NCBI GenBank assembly: GCA_965279035.1
Contig: OZ257142.1
Span: forward strand, 160,001-224,000
Length of the DNA stretch: 64,000 bases
Direction: 5' to 3'
DNA from: Bacteroidia bacterium
Lineage (GTDB): Bacteria > Bacteroidota > Bacteroidia > M30B66
Shown: positions 1 through 13,300 of the stretch, in pieces
Layout of the letters: every line of letters begins with the position of its first letter
How positions within the stretch are numbered: position 1 is the stretch's first letter
The notes under the pieces: model-generated
What the model saw: the letters and a program-made list of their open reading frames with translations, nothing else
Told to the model about the DNA's origin: nothing
Database searches by the model: none
Translations under genes and position numbers: made by a program

Positions 1-1
1 G

Positions 2-253
2 ATTCAGATTATGACCATTACTGGAAAAGTGGTGAAAGATATTCGACGGGAAGAACTTGGTCCGATTCGAATTGGTCGAAATGTAACAGAATATGTGTGG
101 GATGGGCGCGATGAATTTGGAGATCAACTTGCCAATGGAATTTATCTCTATCGGGTGATGACTTCCATCGATGGTCAACAAATCGAACGAAGAGAAACTG
201 GAGCGGATACGTATTTTGAACGAGGATTTGGAAAAATGTACTTGATGCATTAA
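2..253 (+). CDS. 3' end of a secreted protein with FlgD-Ig-like/T9SS C-terminal domain (possibly C25-peptidase-like); starts before the window
   Basis: Frame is open from the window edge. The motif TITGKVVK...WDGRDEFGDQLANGIYLYRV is typical of FlgD-Ig-like tails of large Bacteroidota secreted proteins. Confidence 0.7.
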   Translation: MQIMTITGKVVKDIRREELGPIRIGRNVTEYVWDGRDEFGDQLANGIYLYRVMTSIDGQQIERRETGADTYFERGFGKMYLMH

Positions 254-273
254 GATCAATAAATAATACATTG

Positions 274-314
274 AAAAGGTTCAGTTAACAAGAAGTTAAA
301 CTGGACCTTTTTTT
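274..314 (+). terminator. Intrinsic terminator
   Basis: AAAAGGTTCAGTT...AACTGGACC followed by a T run, just after the stop at 253. Confidence 0.65.
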
Positions 315-408
315 ATGATTTTATTGAAACTAAAAACTCGCAAAACCTTACAAGTGTTTGTATTGTAAAGGAATTTGCAGATATTTGATTTCAAACAAGT
401 TCAACCAA

Positions 409-2328
409 ATGAGAAAAATTTATCTATCACTTTCGCTCCTCCTTGCAGGCATGGGGCTTTCAAACGCACAACGTGTTTGTGGAACAATGGGCCATCATGA
501 AATGTTGCTCAACCAAGATCCAAACTATGCACAACGCATGGAACAAATCGAAGAGCATACACGTCAATTCATTCAACATGGTGGAGAGCGTGTAGTTGTT
601 AATATTCCCGTGGTATTCCACGTTGTTTACAATACTTCGGCTCAAAATATCAGTGATGCTTTATTACAAGCTCAGCTCAATCAATTAAATCAAGATTTCC
701 GTAAGCTAAACTCTGATGTATCATCTGTTCCAGCATTGTTTGCAGGTGTTGCTGCCGACATGGAAATTAACTTCTGTTTAGCTCAACAAACACCCACTGG
801 TGCGGCTACATCAGGTATCATTCGTAAATCTACTACAACAACTTCTTTTTCTGATAATGACGCTGTTAAGTCTTCTTCAACAGGAGGAGACAATGCATGG
901 GACGCTACCAAATACTTAAATCTTTGGGTATGTAACATGGGCGGTGGTATTTTAGGTTATGCACAATTTCCTGGTGGGCCAGCTGCTACTGATGGTGTTG
1001 TTCTTCAGTACAATACAGTTGGTAGTCGCGCTACTCCAGGTTCTGCAAGTCCATATAACCTTGGACGTACTGCAACTCACGAAATTGGTCACTGGCTAAA
1101 TCTTCGCCATATCTGGGGTGATGCTAATTGCGGAAGTGACTTAGTAAGTGATACACCAACTCATACAACATCTAATTTTGGCTGCCCTTCATATCCTAAA
1201 ACCAATACGTGTACTGGTGGTGGAACTGAAATGACAATGAACTACATGGATTACACAGATGATGCATGTATGTATATGTTCTCAGCTGGTCAAAAAGCAC
1301 GCTCTCAAGCCCTATTCGCAACAGGTGGTGCACGTGTAGGTATTTTAACTTCCGTAGGATGCTCTGCTCCAAGTGGTGGAACAACGTGTAATGTACCAAG
1401 CGGACTTTCTTCAAGTTCAATTACTTCTAATGCAGCAACCGTGAGTTGGGCTGGAGCAACTGGAGCTACTTCGTATAGTTTACAGTACAAAACGGCTGCT
1501 GCTTTAACTTGGAATACTGTTGCAGTATCTTCAACGAGCTATGCTTTAAGTGGTTTAGTTGCATCTACAACCTATAATTTCCAAGTTGCTTCGGTATGTT
1601 CTGGTGGAACAAGCGCTTATTCTTCGGCTGCTTCATTTACAACTTCTGCTGTAAGCACAACCTGTAGCGATACTTGGGAATCAAATAATACAACCGCTAC
1701 AGCCAAAACCATTACTGTAGCTACAAATATTCAAGCTACCATTGGTACCTCTACCGATAAAGACTATTTCAAATTCAGTAATACGACAGCTGCTAAAAAC
1801 ATCAAAGTTACTTTGACGAATTTACCTGGTGATTATGATTTGAAATTGTATAAAGGAACAAGCACTCTTCTTGGAACATCACAAAATGCTGGTACAACAT
1901 CAGAATCATTAATCTACAATACAACTTCCGCTGCTGCTACTTATTATGCTTATGTATATGGTTACAACAGTGCATTTAGTGCAACAAGTTGCTATACGCT
2001 TCGTGCTGAAATAAGCTCTAGTACATTTGTACGTATGTCTGGTGAAACCGAATCGGACGAATCAATGATTATTGAAGGAGCCCTTTCAATCTATCCAAAC
2101 CCAACTAATGGAACGTTGAATATTCGTCTTCAACCAGAAGCTGATTTAAACCAAACAGTAAGCGTTTACAATAGCTTGGGTCAATTGGTTGATTCGTATG
2201 AATTGAGCTTTACGAAAAACCAACCTGCTGTTGAGATTCGTATGAATGATCTTACTGATGGAATTTATTTCGTACGTGTATTCGATGGCAATACCGTTCA
2301 AACACGTAAAGTAATGCTTCGTAAATAA
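409..2328 (+). CDS. M43 (ulilysin/pappalysin-like) zinc metalloprotease with Fn3, pre-peptidase C-terminal-like domain and T9SS type A CTD
   Basis: Signal peptide from ATG 409 (MRKIYLSLSLLL); propeptide RVCGT; metzincin HEIGHWLNLRH; Met-turn MNYMDY; Fn3-like segment; DKDYFKF/DYDLKLY; IYPNP...GIYFVRV CTD. Confidence 0.9.
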   Translation: MRKIYLSLSLLLAGMGLSNAQRVCGTMGHHEMLLNQDPNYAQRMEQIEEHTRQFIQHGGERVVVNIPVVFHVVYNTSAQNISDALLQAQLNQLNQDFRKLNSDVSSVPALFAGVAADMEINFCLAQQTPTGAATSGIIRKSTTTTSFSDNDAVKSSSTGGDNAWDATKYLNLWVCNMGGGILGYAQFPGGPAATDGVVLQYNTVGSRATPGSASPYNLGRTATHEIGHWLNLRHIWGDANCGSDLVSDTPTHTTSNFGCPSYPKTNTCTGGGTEMTMNYMDYTDDACMYMFSAGQKARSQALFATGGARVGILTSVGCSAPSGGTTCNVPSGLSSSSITSNAATVSWAGATGATSYSLQYKTAAALTWNTVAVSSTSYALSGLVASTTYNFQVASVCSGGTSAYSSAASFTTSAVSTTCSDTWESNNTTATAKTITVATNIQATIGTSTDKDYFKFSNTTAAKNIKVTLTNLPGDYDLKLYKGTSTLLGTSQNAGTTSESLIYNTTSAAATYYAYVYGYNSAFSATSCYTLRAEISSSTFVRMSGETESDESMIIEGALSIYPNPTNGTLNIRLQPEADLNQTVSVYNSLGQLVDSYELSFTKNQPAVEIRMNDLTDGIYFVRVFDGNTVQTRKVMLRK

Positions 2329-2346
2329 GCAAATTCAATAAAATTC

Positions 2347-2381
2347 AAAAGCGCGACATAGCACTATGTCGCGCTTTTTTT
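2347..2381 (+). terminator. Intrinsic terminator
   Basis: GCGCGACATAG-CA-CTATGTCGCGC followed by a T run. Confidence 0.85.
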
Positions 2382-2767
2382 ATGGAATAAACGAAACCAT
2401 TTAAATTTCTATTTCATTCTATGGAACCGTTCAGCTTAAGAAAGAATTTGTTAAAGCAAAACCAATCAATCCAATCCTCTTTCCATACGGTTCCGAATTA
2501 TTATTCAATTCAAATTCCTTAGAATGAGCCAATGTAAAAGAAACCTTTATATCATATAAAACAATAAATAGAAAGTTTATGAAGCCATTTTATATTGACA
2601 TAATTGATTCAAGTAATATGTCAACGAATAGATACTAAATATCCAATAAACACATGCTTTTTCTATTTCTACTCAGGTTCGATTTAAACTGAATGTCATT
2701 GAAATTTGAATGTTTAATCCATCCTGAAATAGATCATAGACGTTTAAAATCAGGCATTAGTACAAAT

Positions 2768-2796
2768 AAAAAAGGCCCGAACCAATGTTCGAGCCT
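2768..2796 (-). terminator. Intrinsic terminator of the 2818-4212 gene
   Basis: A6 then AGGCCCGAAC...GTTCGAGCCT on the + strand, i.e. hairpin plus U-tract on the minus strand. Confidence 0.7.
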
Positions 2797-2817
2797 CGTA
2801 AAAGTTGATTGTTTAAT

Positions 2818-4212
2818 TTAAAACTTAACAGCTCTTAGCGTTATATCCGTTTGATTTCCAGCAAGTCGAACAACATACATTCCTGGAGCGGCCGATTGAA
2901 GATCGCTTAGTTGAATAGTATTATCTCCCACATTAAGACTTGTTTGCTTTTGAGAAACAATACGTCCTGAAAGATCGAGTAGTTGAATAACAACGTGCTC
3001 TTGTGATCCAGCAGATACATTCATGCGAACAACATCCTGAAAAGGATTAGGATAAAGTGATATGCTTGTTGTTGAAGTAGAAGCAATGGCGTTAGGAAAG
3101 TCAGAATAAATGGCAAATACTCCATTCAATGAAGTGAAATTAGCCGTTGAAAAAGATTCACCAATATTCACATTGGTGCCATCAACCCAATTAGTACCGC
3201 TGCTCTGAGCAATAACACGATTGGCAACCGTAGCCCAATCAGAAGGTTCAACAGCACCTGTATAGTCAAAACGAACCGATGCTGCAGTAACAGAACCACT
3301 TGCATGAATCTCCCATTCTAAACGGATATGACTATTTACTTGACTTGATAAATCAGGATTAAAAGAAATTGGATTTCCTGCAGAACGAACACGACCAGCT
3401 ACACTTGCTGTATTGGATGGAGTTATAGCCGAAATACTAATTGGTGCGTAAAGATCTTCAGTCCCAACAGGAATGATCGTAGCACCAGATACATTAACTG
3501 GAACTGAAAGTAATCCTGCTCCTACCGTTTTTACATAACTATTTCCATTTCCAGGAAAAACAAGAGCTCCGGGAAGGATTGAAACGTTCGAAGTACTTAA
3601 AACAAGATATCCTCCTTCGGGGCGATTTAATTGTAAAGAACCAGAAATTTGAACATCGCCTGTTGAATACACATGGATGTCAGCTCCCGCTAGTACAATA
3701 TCACGAACTGTTGAAGCACCTAAAAACGTGAGTTGAAATGTTTTTGTAAGGGTAACAGTTTCATCATAATTTCCTGATCCAACATAAACAGTCCCATTTG
3801 AACTTACCATATTAACACCATCCGAAATACTTGAACCAGGATTTACTGTTATTGTTTGTGCAGAAAATGCCGATGGAGCTGGTTTTGGTGCTACCAATTG
3901 AGCACCTCCACTAAAAGTAAACGAGCTGAAATAAGCAGTTGTAGCGCCAGTTTTTAAAAGAACGACACTTTTATCAATAATTACATCTTCGGTATAGAAA
4001 CCAGATTCAACACTCACGATGTCTCCGTCTGTTGCTAACGACAAGGCACCATTTTGCCCCGACAAGCTCAACTTCGGTCCAGAGGAACCCGAAACTGTTG
4101 CAGAAAGACCGTCATTACTGTCGTTGCCTGTTGTGGCATTCACATAAATTATTGATTGTGCTGAAGCAAAAACTGCTGTCAACATGAATACAAGAGTAAA
4201 AAGTTTCTTCAT
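2818..4212 (-). CDS. T9SS type A secreted protein with N-terminal beta-helix-like (DUF1565-like) region
   Basis: Signal peptide MKKLFTLVFML from ATG 4212; IYVNATTGNDSNDG motif; repeated V.V.SG.Y.E.V segments; LYPNPF...GMYVVRL CTD. Confidence 0.8.
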   Translation of the reverse strand: MKKLFTLVFMLTAVFASAQSIIYVNATTGNDSNDGLSATVSGSSGPKLSLSGQNGALSLATDGDIVSVESGFYTEDVIIDKSVVLLKTGATTAYFSSFTFSGGAQLVAPKPAPSAFSAQTITVNPGSSISDGVNMVSSNGTVYVGSGNYDETVTLTKTFQLTFLGASTVRDIVLAGADIHVYSTGDVQISGSLQLNRPEGGYLVLSTSNVSILPGALVFPGNGNSYVKTVGAGLLSVPVNVSGATIIPVGTEDLYAPISISAITPSNTASVAGRVRSAGNPISFNPDLSSQVNSHIRLEWEIHASGSVTAASVRFDYTGAVEPSDWATVANRVIAQSSGTNWVDGTNVNIGESFSTANFTSLNGVFAIYSDFPNAIASTSTTSISLYPNPFQDVVRMNVSAGSQEHVVIQLLDLSGRIVSQKQTSLNVGDNTIQLSDLQSAAPGMYVVRLAGNQTDITLRAVKF

Positions 4213-4236
4213 AGATCGATGCTTGTATAGCTGAAA

Positions 4237-4244
4237 CAAATGTA
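4237..4244 (-). promoter_or_regulatory. Bacteroidota -7 promoter element (TACATTTG)
   Basis: CAAATGTA on +, matching TAnnTTTG on minus, 24 nt upstream of ATG 4212. Confidence 0.55.
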
Positions 4245-4289
4245 ATTGAATAATTGAATTGTTTAAATCCTGTCTGCTTGCTTGTATAT

Positions 4290-4323
4290 AAAAAAAGAGG
4301 GGCCGGAAAACCGACCCCTCTTT
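4290..4323 (-). terminator. Intrinsic terminator of the giant gene
   Basis: A7 then AAAGAGGGG...CCCCTCTTT hairpin. Confidence 0.8.
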
Positions 4324-4345
4324 CAGGATTTAATTGAAGCTAAAC

Positions 4346-7300
4346 TTATTTCGCGATAGTCAAGCGACCAACACTACGGAAGTTTTTGCTGTCAATAGAA
4401 ACTTCATAAACTCCATTAGCTAAACCATTGATATCAAGTTCAACGATAGCACCAGAACGAAGGTTAGTCAAGTTGTGTTTGTTAACTAAACGTCCAGCAG
4501 CATCAGTAATACTGATTGTAGCTTGAGCATCTTTCAAGTCAACATTTAACAACAATTTAGCAGCTTCGTTAGCAGGGTTAGGATAGATAGAGAATCCTTT
4601 GCTGTTGCCAACATTTGCAATTCCAGTTGTATTGTCTGTTACAGATACTACAGAAGTTGCAGTTGAAGAACAACCACCGCTCAATGCAGTAAGAGTTACA
4701 GTGTAAATACCTGGTTGCATGTAAGCATGAACTGGTGTAGCAGAAGTAGTTTCAATTGTACCATCTCCAAAGTTCCAGATGAATTCAGTTGCACCAGGAG
4801 CTGTTGCAGCAAATTCAATAATTGCATCAGCAAGTTGAACTGTGTTAGATGATGCGATAAAGCTTGCTGGAGAAAGAACTCCTGAAACTCCGATGTTAGA
4901 AGAAAGACTAAATACGCTTCCATCAACATAAGACATATCAACTGTGTAAGAACCTGAACTTAGGTTTTGGAAGATATGCTCACCTACAAACTGACCAGAA
5001 TTCGATACCGTTTCACCATTGTTGTTTTTCAACACTGCAGTCATAGGGTAAGCCATGTTGCTGTTGCTAACAATCAATTTACCGTTTGTTTCGCCAACAC
5101 AAGTTGAACTTGACGCCATGTTTACTGGAGCCATGAAGTGTAGACGGAAACGAACACCTTGGAATGAAGGATCGGTAGTGAACGTGTAGTTCGGATTGCT
5201 GTTTAAGCCTTGGAATGTTCCAGTAGCACGGTCTTCTAAGAACACGCGTGTTGATGGATCAAAGTCAACATACTCAGTCATCGAAATTGTGTATTCACCA
5301 TTAGTAGTCATTGAAGTACCTAGGTCAACAATACGAGTAGCCTGAAGTGGGCTGAACATTTGAATTACTAGATCTTGATTATCCAATTTAGAATAGATAT
5401 CGAATCCAGTAGTTCCAGGCATACGTGGAGAATCTTCACCACCTACAAACTGATCAGAAGATGTTTCAGAGAAAGCAACTACAGTGTTTACTGCTGTTCC
5501 AACTGAATTTTTCAAGTCCAAACGAACCAAAGAAATGTTAGAAGTAACATCAAAGAACTGTGTGCTATTTACAGGGTATGTAGGAACACGGTCTTCACAA
5601 CTGAATGTGATATCGTTTGTGTTCTGAACATCTGTCATGAAAGCTTGACAAGCACCTAATTCAAGGGCTGCAACACTATATCCAGAAGGAGGAGTTCCAC
5701 CAGCTGCAAGGTTAGAGCTATTGATTACTACATAATCACCTGTTGAGAAAGGAATGTTTCCAGATTGATTCCATAAGTAGATAGAACCAAGTGTACCTGA
5801 ATTTGTTCCGCGAGCTCTTAACTCATTAATCTTCAATGAAGATGGGAATGGGTTACCAATTAAGTTGAAGTTATTTGCTCCAGTAATTGTTGGAGTATAA
5901 TCGAAACTTACTTGGTTAGGTAGACCATTGAATACCACATTACCATTACCAGCATACGTTTGAATGTAACCACGACCAATTTGCATTGCAGTTGATGGTG
6001 ATAGTGCAGTACCCCAACCTAATTGTACGTTAGCACCAGCTCCAGGAGCAGTGTTGTTGTAAGTGTAAAGGTTACTTCCGTATGAAGTAGCAAGACACGT
6101 TGTATTTCCGTTTGATATTGGAGAAGACCAATAGTCATACATACCATACACAGAACCGCTACGACGATAAATGATAGAACCATTTACAGTACCACCGTAA
6201 TTGTAAGAAGGGTTTGTTGTTTTAACACCACCTGACAACAATACTGAATTGTTGATGAATGATAATTTACCATTCGAATTCAATTGAGCATTGGTTTTAA
6301 CACCTAAAGCACCTTCAATAATGATTTGATATGAAGTAGAAGGAGTGTTGATGTTGTGAATGTTATACAATGGATTCACATTCGTATTCACGAATTCAAG
6401 AACCCCTGTACCAGCAACATGTGGATTAGCCAAGATGAATGGATTTCCTTGAGCTGAAACGAAACCACCGCGTTGTAAAGAAGAGTTGATTCTCAATTTC
6501 GCAGCTGGATCAATTGTAATTCTAGCTGCATTCGCTGTAAGCGTATTGTAGTAGAAATTGATACCGTGTACGTCTTGAGTTCCAATTACATAAGGGTAGT
6601 TGTTTGTAGCAGACTGGGGAATGATAATCGATTTGCTGATTGAAGGTAGGATACCTGTTGTAGTTAAATCTCCACCATACCAGTTAGAAGGATTTAAGAA
6701 CACATAATCTCCAGCATTACCTGACCAGTAAAGACCGCTCATTACTAACAGTTTGAAGAAACCTACTGGAGGAGCAATGTTCGCTTGACGACTACCTACA
6801 CGAATGAATACATTGCTACCTGGAGTAAGACCAGAAGCAGAAACATATGTATGACCATCAACACCATTGAACGCATCACAACCTAATTGAGTCAATGTAC
6901 CAGTACAAGTACCATCACTTGAAGAGTAAATGGCAACTACAGTACTATCCAAATCGAATGTTGTAACAGCATTATTTGCATCGAACGTATAAACATGGAT
7001 ATCTCCTGAAGCAGGAATCACTGATTTATACCAAACATCTGATTTTAATAGAGTACACAAACCAGCCAAACTACCTGTGATAGGAGCTCCAAGGTTTGTT
7101 CTGTTAACAACAGAAGCTAAGCTCGCAGGAGGCGCATCCAATACAGTTACAGAAGCTGCATTACAAATTTGGTCAGTTACAACTGAACAAACGTTAACTG
7201 GCAATGTAAGTGCGTTACTTTGACAACCTGTACCAGGGTTTGTTACTTTAACTGAATACACACTGTTGTTGAAAGGAGCTGCATAAACAGTACTTACAGG

Positions 7301-10300
7301 AGTGTTGGCAACGTATGCTGATGAAGCAGCAACATCATTGAACAAACCACCAGCAGGAGAGAAAGAGAACTGTGGAGTAGAGATTGTCTCGTTCACTTGA
7401 ACGTTATCAACGGCTACCCAATATCCCCACTCAGAATAATAAGAGAAACGTATACGGAAGTTAGAAACACCACCAGCATAAGCTGCAGGAGGAATTGTAA
7501 CAGTCATCGTTTGGAAATCTCCCAAAGTAGTAGGAACATCTGTTGCATCAGATAAAACGCTGGCTGCAATTGGTGTCCAAGTTAAATTGTCTGTTGAATA
7601 CAATACTTGGAATACATCTGCAGGATAAGCGTTGTATGATACATCATACGTTAACACAACTGAAGTAGCAGCAGAACTAATGCTGATTGAAGCGTTTGGA
7701 GAAGTTAAGGTAGCTGTAGCTCCAGAACTGCTTGCTCCTTGAGCATCACCGATTGCTACTGCAAATGAACCTGTAGAATTAAACGTTTGAGGATAACCTG
7801 GATAGGTATATGCCGGAGGTGCAGACGGGAATGTCCAACGAGATAATGCACCAAGAACTTCAGCAGGAACAACTTGTGTGAACGCTGTTTGCCATCCAAG
7901 ACCAGCACCGAATGCGAAGTCGTCGAAGAACAAGGTCGTTACCAATGGAGTTGCAGTTGCATTGATCTGTACCGGAGTAAACGTACCGTTTGTATTTGGA
8001 CAGAACGTAATTGGACTTCCTGAAGGAATTGAAGTAACACTTGTTGGTGTAGCCGGTTTAGGATTTACACGTACAGTTATCGTTTTAGAGTTAGTACAAC
8101 CCAACGAAGTAACACCATTCACTGTATACGAGGTAGTTGTAATAGGAGAAACACTAACACTGCTTCCTACAACCGGACCAGGAGTCCAAGTATAAACATA
8201 CGTTAAGTTGGTACTGCTCACTTGAAGTGTAGTAGCATCACCTTCGCAAATTGAAACAGAAGTTGTTGGTGTAGTAGAAATACTAGGAGCAGCAGTTACT
8301 GTAGCAGTAACCAATGAACGAACACTTGAACAGCTTTTTTCAATTTGCCAGTTGTATAAGTTATACCAGTAAGAAGTACTACCTACCCAGTTGTCGGTAA
8401 ATGTTACATTGTTTGATGGAGTACCATAGTAACCAGCTGCACCAGCTGAATTTCTCAAACAAACCGGTCCAGTTACGTATACCAATTGCCAATCAGTTCC
8501 AACTGGAACATCAAAATTCAATGGAACAGTTAAAGGAGTTCCTACAAAACTTCCTGTTGAGTTAGCGTCACCAGCAGTAATAACTTGAGAATACGATAAT
8601 ACCGTATTACCTAAGTTATCTTGAAGTTCGATTTGTGCTGTACCAGCAGCTGTCGGAAACAAATCAATAGAAAGGATTTTAACCGGAGCAGATGTAGTAA
8701 ACACTTGGTAAACACCATTGAAACTCGTTCCGAAAGAACCAATTGCCGGGCTAACTGCACCTGAAGTTCCAGAACCTAGGATAGTGAATGCTTCAACATA
8801 ATAATTCGTTGAACTTGGGCCTGGCAATGTAGCTGTAGCATAAGCAACTCCTGAAGTTCTAGTTGCCAATAATGTACCTCCAGTAGAAGCATCATAATAG
8901 CGAAGATCTGAACCGGCAGAAGATGTAGCATTTAGGTTCACAGAACCAATACCGCAACGAGTACCATTGGTTACACCCAAAACTTGAGGATTGTATGCAG
9001 TGATTGCAATAGTAGAAGATGTAACTTGAGTAGTTCCGTTACATTTTACTTCTACATCGTAGTTACCAGAGAGTGTAACAGGTAAAGAAACAGAAGCAGA
9101 AGTTTGAGGAACTCCAAATGCAACTCCATTTCTTCTCCACTGATATGTAATACCTAAACCAACTGGCATTGGTACAGTAATACCAAAGTTAACTGATGAA
9201 CCAGCACAAACCGAAGTTGGTGAAGCAGTTGCAGCAGTAGCAGGGAAAGGCAATAATGTAGAGCAGTTTGGTGGAGGAAGAATGGTTACAATGTAATCTT
9301 CAGTTTCACCATATCCACTTGAACTAGCGCCACATGCTTGGTTGCTAGACAATTGGCTATCGTTACCACCACGAACGCGCATACGAAGGTTTCCTGTAGA
9401 ACCAGCAATTGGAACTACGATACTAATTGTTGAAGTACCGCCACCACCTGGTGAAGTTGTAGAACCAAAGAATTCTGTTGTTGCAAATACTCCATCATTA
9501 TTAAAGTCAATCCATACACCTAAATACTGATTTCCATCAGATCCAAATGTAGCAGATAGATTATACGTAGAACCTTGAAACAAATCCGGTTTATTAACTG
9601 CGCTGAAGTAGGTGTAATATGGACTCGCTGAACAACCTGAAGAATTTGACAAGTTGATTGAAGCACCATTCATAGACACGTTAGTGATTTCATCACCTGA
9701 GCTACAACCTGAAGAATACGTAGGAGTACAATAATCGATATAACGATTACCAGCAGGATCCACATCAGCAGAAGGTTGAGAACCTGTAGCAGTTGCACCA
9801 CCAGCAGCTGTAAATGACATATCGCCAGCTACAATTTTAGCATCTACCAAGTTTCCGATAACAGCACCCGCAGATGTATTTACACGTAACCATAGGTAAC
9901 TAGTTGCACCAACACTTACACTTAAACCAGTGAAGTTAACTACACCAGCAGCTATTGTTTGGCTTGTACCAATTTGAGCAGTAGGTGCAGCACTTGTACC
10001 TGTCCAAAGAGAAACTCCCAATGCCGCGATATCAGCAGAGCTAACACCAGTGTATGTGAATTTAGCTTGAGTTAAGGTAATTGTACCAAGTGATCCAGTT
10101 GTAGAAAGATCAACACGTAACAAATTGTTGTTAGTTGAAGAAGCTCCCATACCACCTGTTTGTTGAACAGAAGTAATAGCATTTAATGAACGAGGTGTTG
10201 GAGATGCTATAGTTACACTATAATCAACAACAGTTCCGTAGTTAATTGGATTCAAGCATACGTCTGTTTGAACGAACGTTGTATTATAACGGTTCATTAC

Positions 10301-13300
10301 ACGCATACGACAACCAGGCCCAGTAAAAGCAAGAGGATCTATTGTTACACCTAGCGTACCTGATGAACTAGCAGCAGTTGTTCCTGCAGTACCAAAAAAC
10401 TCACCTGCATCTAAGAAGTCACCATCGCGGTTAAAATCGAACCAGATACCAACACCTTGAGCACCACCTGAACCTGTTGTAAAGTTAGCCGTGTAAGCAT
10501 TTCCTTGTTGCAAAGTAGTAGTAGCTGCATTTAACGCATAATTATTAGGTAAAGCACCTGGACAATTTGGCGTAGTACTAATTGTATTCAAGCTGAATGC
10601 TGTTAAATAATCTAAACTAGAACAAGCATTAGTAAATACTGGTAAGCAATAATCGATTAACACATTACCTGCATCAGAAATAGTTCCAGCTGTAAGCGAA
10701 TTTGTTGCACCACCAGCTAACGTAAATGTTAAGTTGGTTTTGTCAAGAGTTAAGTCGAGCGTATTTCCAATAATTGCAGTACCTGAAACATTGAAACGTA
10801 CCCAGAAATAATTTGAACCGGAAGCTATGTTTGTAGTTAATCCAGTAAAAGAAATCTGACCTGCAACAACACTTACCGCACCACCTATTTGAGCAACAGG
10901 AGCACCAAAAGTACCAGTCCACAAAGTAGCTGAAGTAATTTCCGATGGAGCTGCAGTACCTGTAAAGTTGAAAATACAATCTGTAAGGGTTATCGTTCCA
11001 GTAGATCCAACAGATTGGATATTCATACGAGTTTGGTTCACGTTAGTAGCACCAACATTTGTTGTAGCAGAAATAGCAGCAACTCCGGTTTGGTTTATAC
11101 TAACAGCAGCAACATCTAAAGGACCCGTTTGACCAAAAGCAATACGATCAGGGAAGGTGGAAGCAGCTAAAACTGGAGGAGGGTTTGCTAAGAATGCACC
11201 AAGTGGAACTGAACCAGCATTAAAAGTTGATCCTGAGCCTAAAATAGAGAAATCAGTTGCAGGCGATTGGATACCCACAAGTGTATTTCCAGAAACCATG
11301 GCTGCATCGTGCCCTTGAACACTATAGGAAACAAAGTTAGCAGATCCACTAGCGATACTAGTAACCCATTCTCTGTTCGGATTAAGAGAAACAATTCCAA
11401 TAAATGTATTTGGAAGACCTACTGAGTTGTTTGTTTCTGCTTGAATTGAAACTGGACCACCTGCATTTGTTGTAGCATTAAAAATTGCTAACCAATTAGA
11501 GGCTGTTTTACCAACTGGCAACCAAGCAGTAAAGTTGGTTGAGCTTGCTGGTATAACACGAATCATTGGTCCTGAAACATAACCAGCAGTTGTAGCGCCA
11601 GTAAAGGTATTTCCAGATGTTGTTGACTTATGAGTTAAAATATTGGTCAACGTTGTATTTACTTTACCTGCATTTAATGTAATTGAACCAGTTACAGATA
11701 AAGGAACGTTTAAAGTAACACCTGTAGCATTTGAATTTTGAACAATTAAATTGGCCAAATTACCTGTTGGAGATGCCGTGAGGTTTTGAATAGTACCTGA
11801 TCCACCAATAGTTTGTGCTCCTGTTGCATTAGAAAATACTAAACTAGATACATCCAAGAAACCTGCAGTTATGAATCCCAAGGTTCCAGATGTAGTCAAA
11901 GTTCCATTAACTAAAATACTTCCCGCAACATAGGGAGAAGCAATGCGGCTATCACCTCCAGTGTTGATTGTGAAATCACCTAAAATGGGTTGTTGGTAAG
12001 TGCTTGTTACAAAACGATTTGTTCCTGTTGGACCATTAACAATAACATTTCCAAACACCATACCTGTTGTAGAAGACCATGTGTTAACATTCCAAGCAGT
12101 AGCACTTGCGGCAGTACTTGATGTACCATCACCGAAACGGATTGTATGACCTGATGTTACATTCACATTTCCATTAAGACTACCACTTAAAGTAATTGTA
12201 TTAACTGCATTTGCAGGTGGATCAATAAATGTTAAAGTTCCTCCTGTAAGATTTACAGAAGTTAATGAAGACACATTCAGATTAAACAATACTGAACTCG
12301 TAGAATTTGCTGTAACGTTATTTGCATTACCATCTACATTAAAGTTACCACCTGATTGATTTAAAATCATTCCAGAAGTGGTAGCTAAATTTCCTGCAAG
12401 ATTAATAGTTCCACTTGATAAGTTTAACGTAGAACCATTTCCAAGATTTAATGTCCGGTTACAAAATGAATTGTCTTGAGGTCCAATGTTAATAGTACCT
12501 CCGCTTACATTCAATACACCTCCTGCTCCTAGTGAGATTCCTGTTCCTGAAGCTCCAGTAACTGTTAATGTATTACCAGAAACTACTAAAGTACCATTCA
12601 CAGCTACAGTAAGAGCAGCTGCGGCTGCAGCGTTTACAGTAACAGTAGTTCCTGAAGTAATTAATGGATTATCAGAAGATGTTGGAACCGAACCTGTTGA
12701 CCAAGTAGAACCAACATTCCAAGCAGCGCTAGCCACCGAATATAATCCGATATCGGCAGTATTGATACCCAAATACTGAGAACCAGAAAATGGAGTACTA
12801 GCTGCACCCGTAAATGTTCTACATCCAAAAGGAATTGCAGAAGTACCAGTTGCCGCCAAATGAGTTCCTGCTGCAGCGCCTACTTGCATAATGCGAGGAG
12901 CTGTTGAAGGAGCCGCAGCTGTTACAATTAAACCATCGCCACAGAGTGCCATGTGGATATTTCCTGTTGCTGTGTATCCGCCACCAGAGGCAAATAACCA
13001 TAAAGAGTTAGTTCGTTGGCTTAATACATAAGCCCCATCTGTATAACCATCAGCAGTTAATCCAGCCGTATTGGTATGAGTACATTCTACCCAACCAGCA
13101 ACGTTTGTAGATCCTGTTGTGTTTCTGTTTAAACGAACCATCCTAGAGGATGTACCGCTTACCATAGGGAAGAAGTTGGCTGTTGCAGAAGCTGCCGTAG
13201 TAATTGTAGTTGTTGTTACCCAACGACGAAATGTAGTTCCAGAAGCAAATCCACCAGAAGTCCAAGAAAGAGTTCCTGCAGAAGCAGTAGAAATACCTTG

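Noticed and set aside
2423-2494. GGAACCGT/ACGGTTCC inverted pair resembling the 26719 hairpin arms
   Set aside because: Only 8 bp, arms in the opposite order, with a long loop; compatible with chance.
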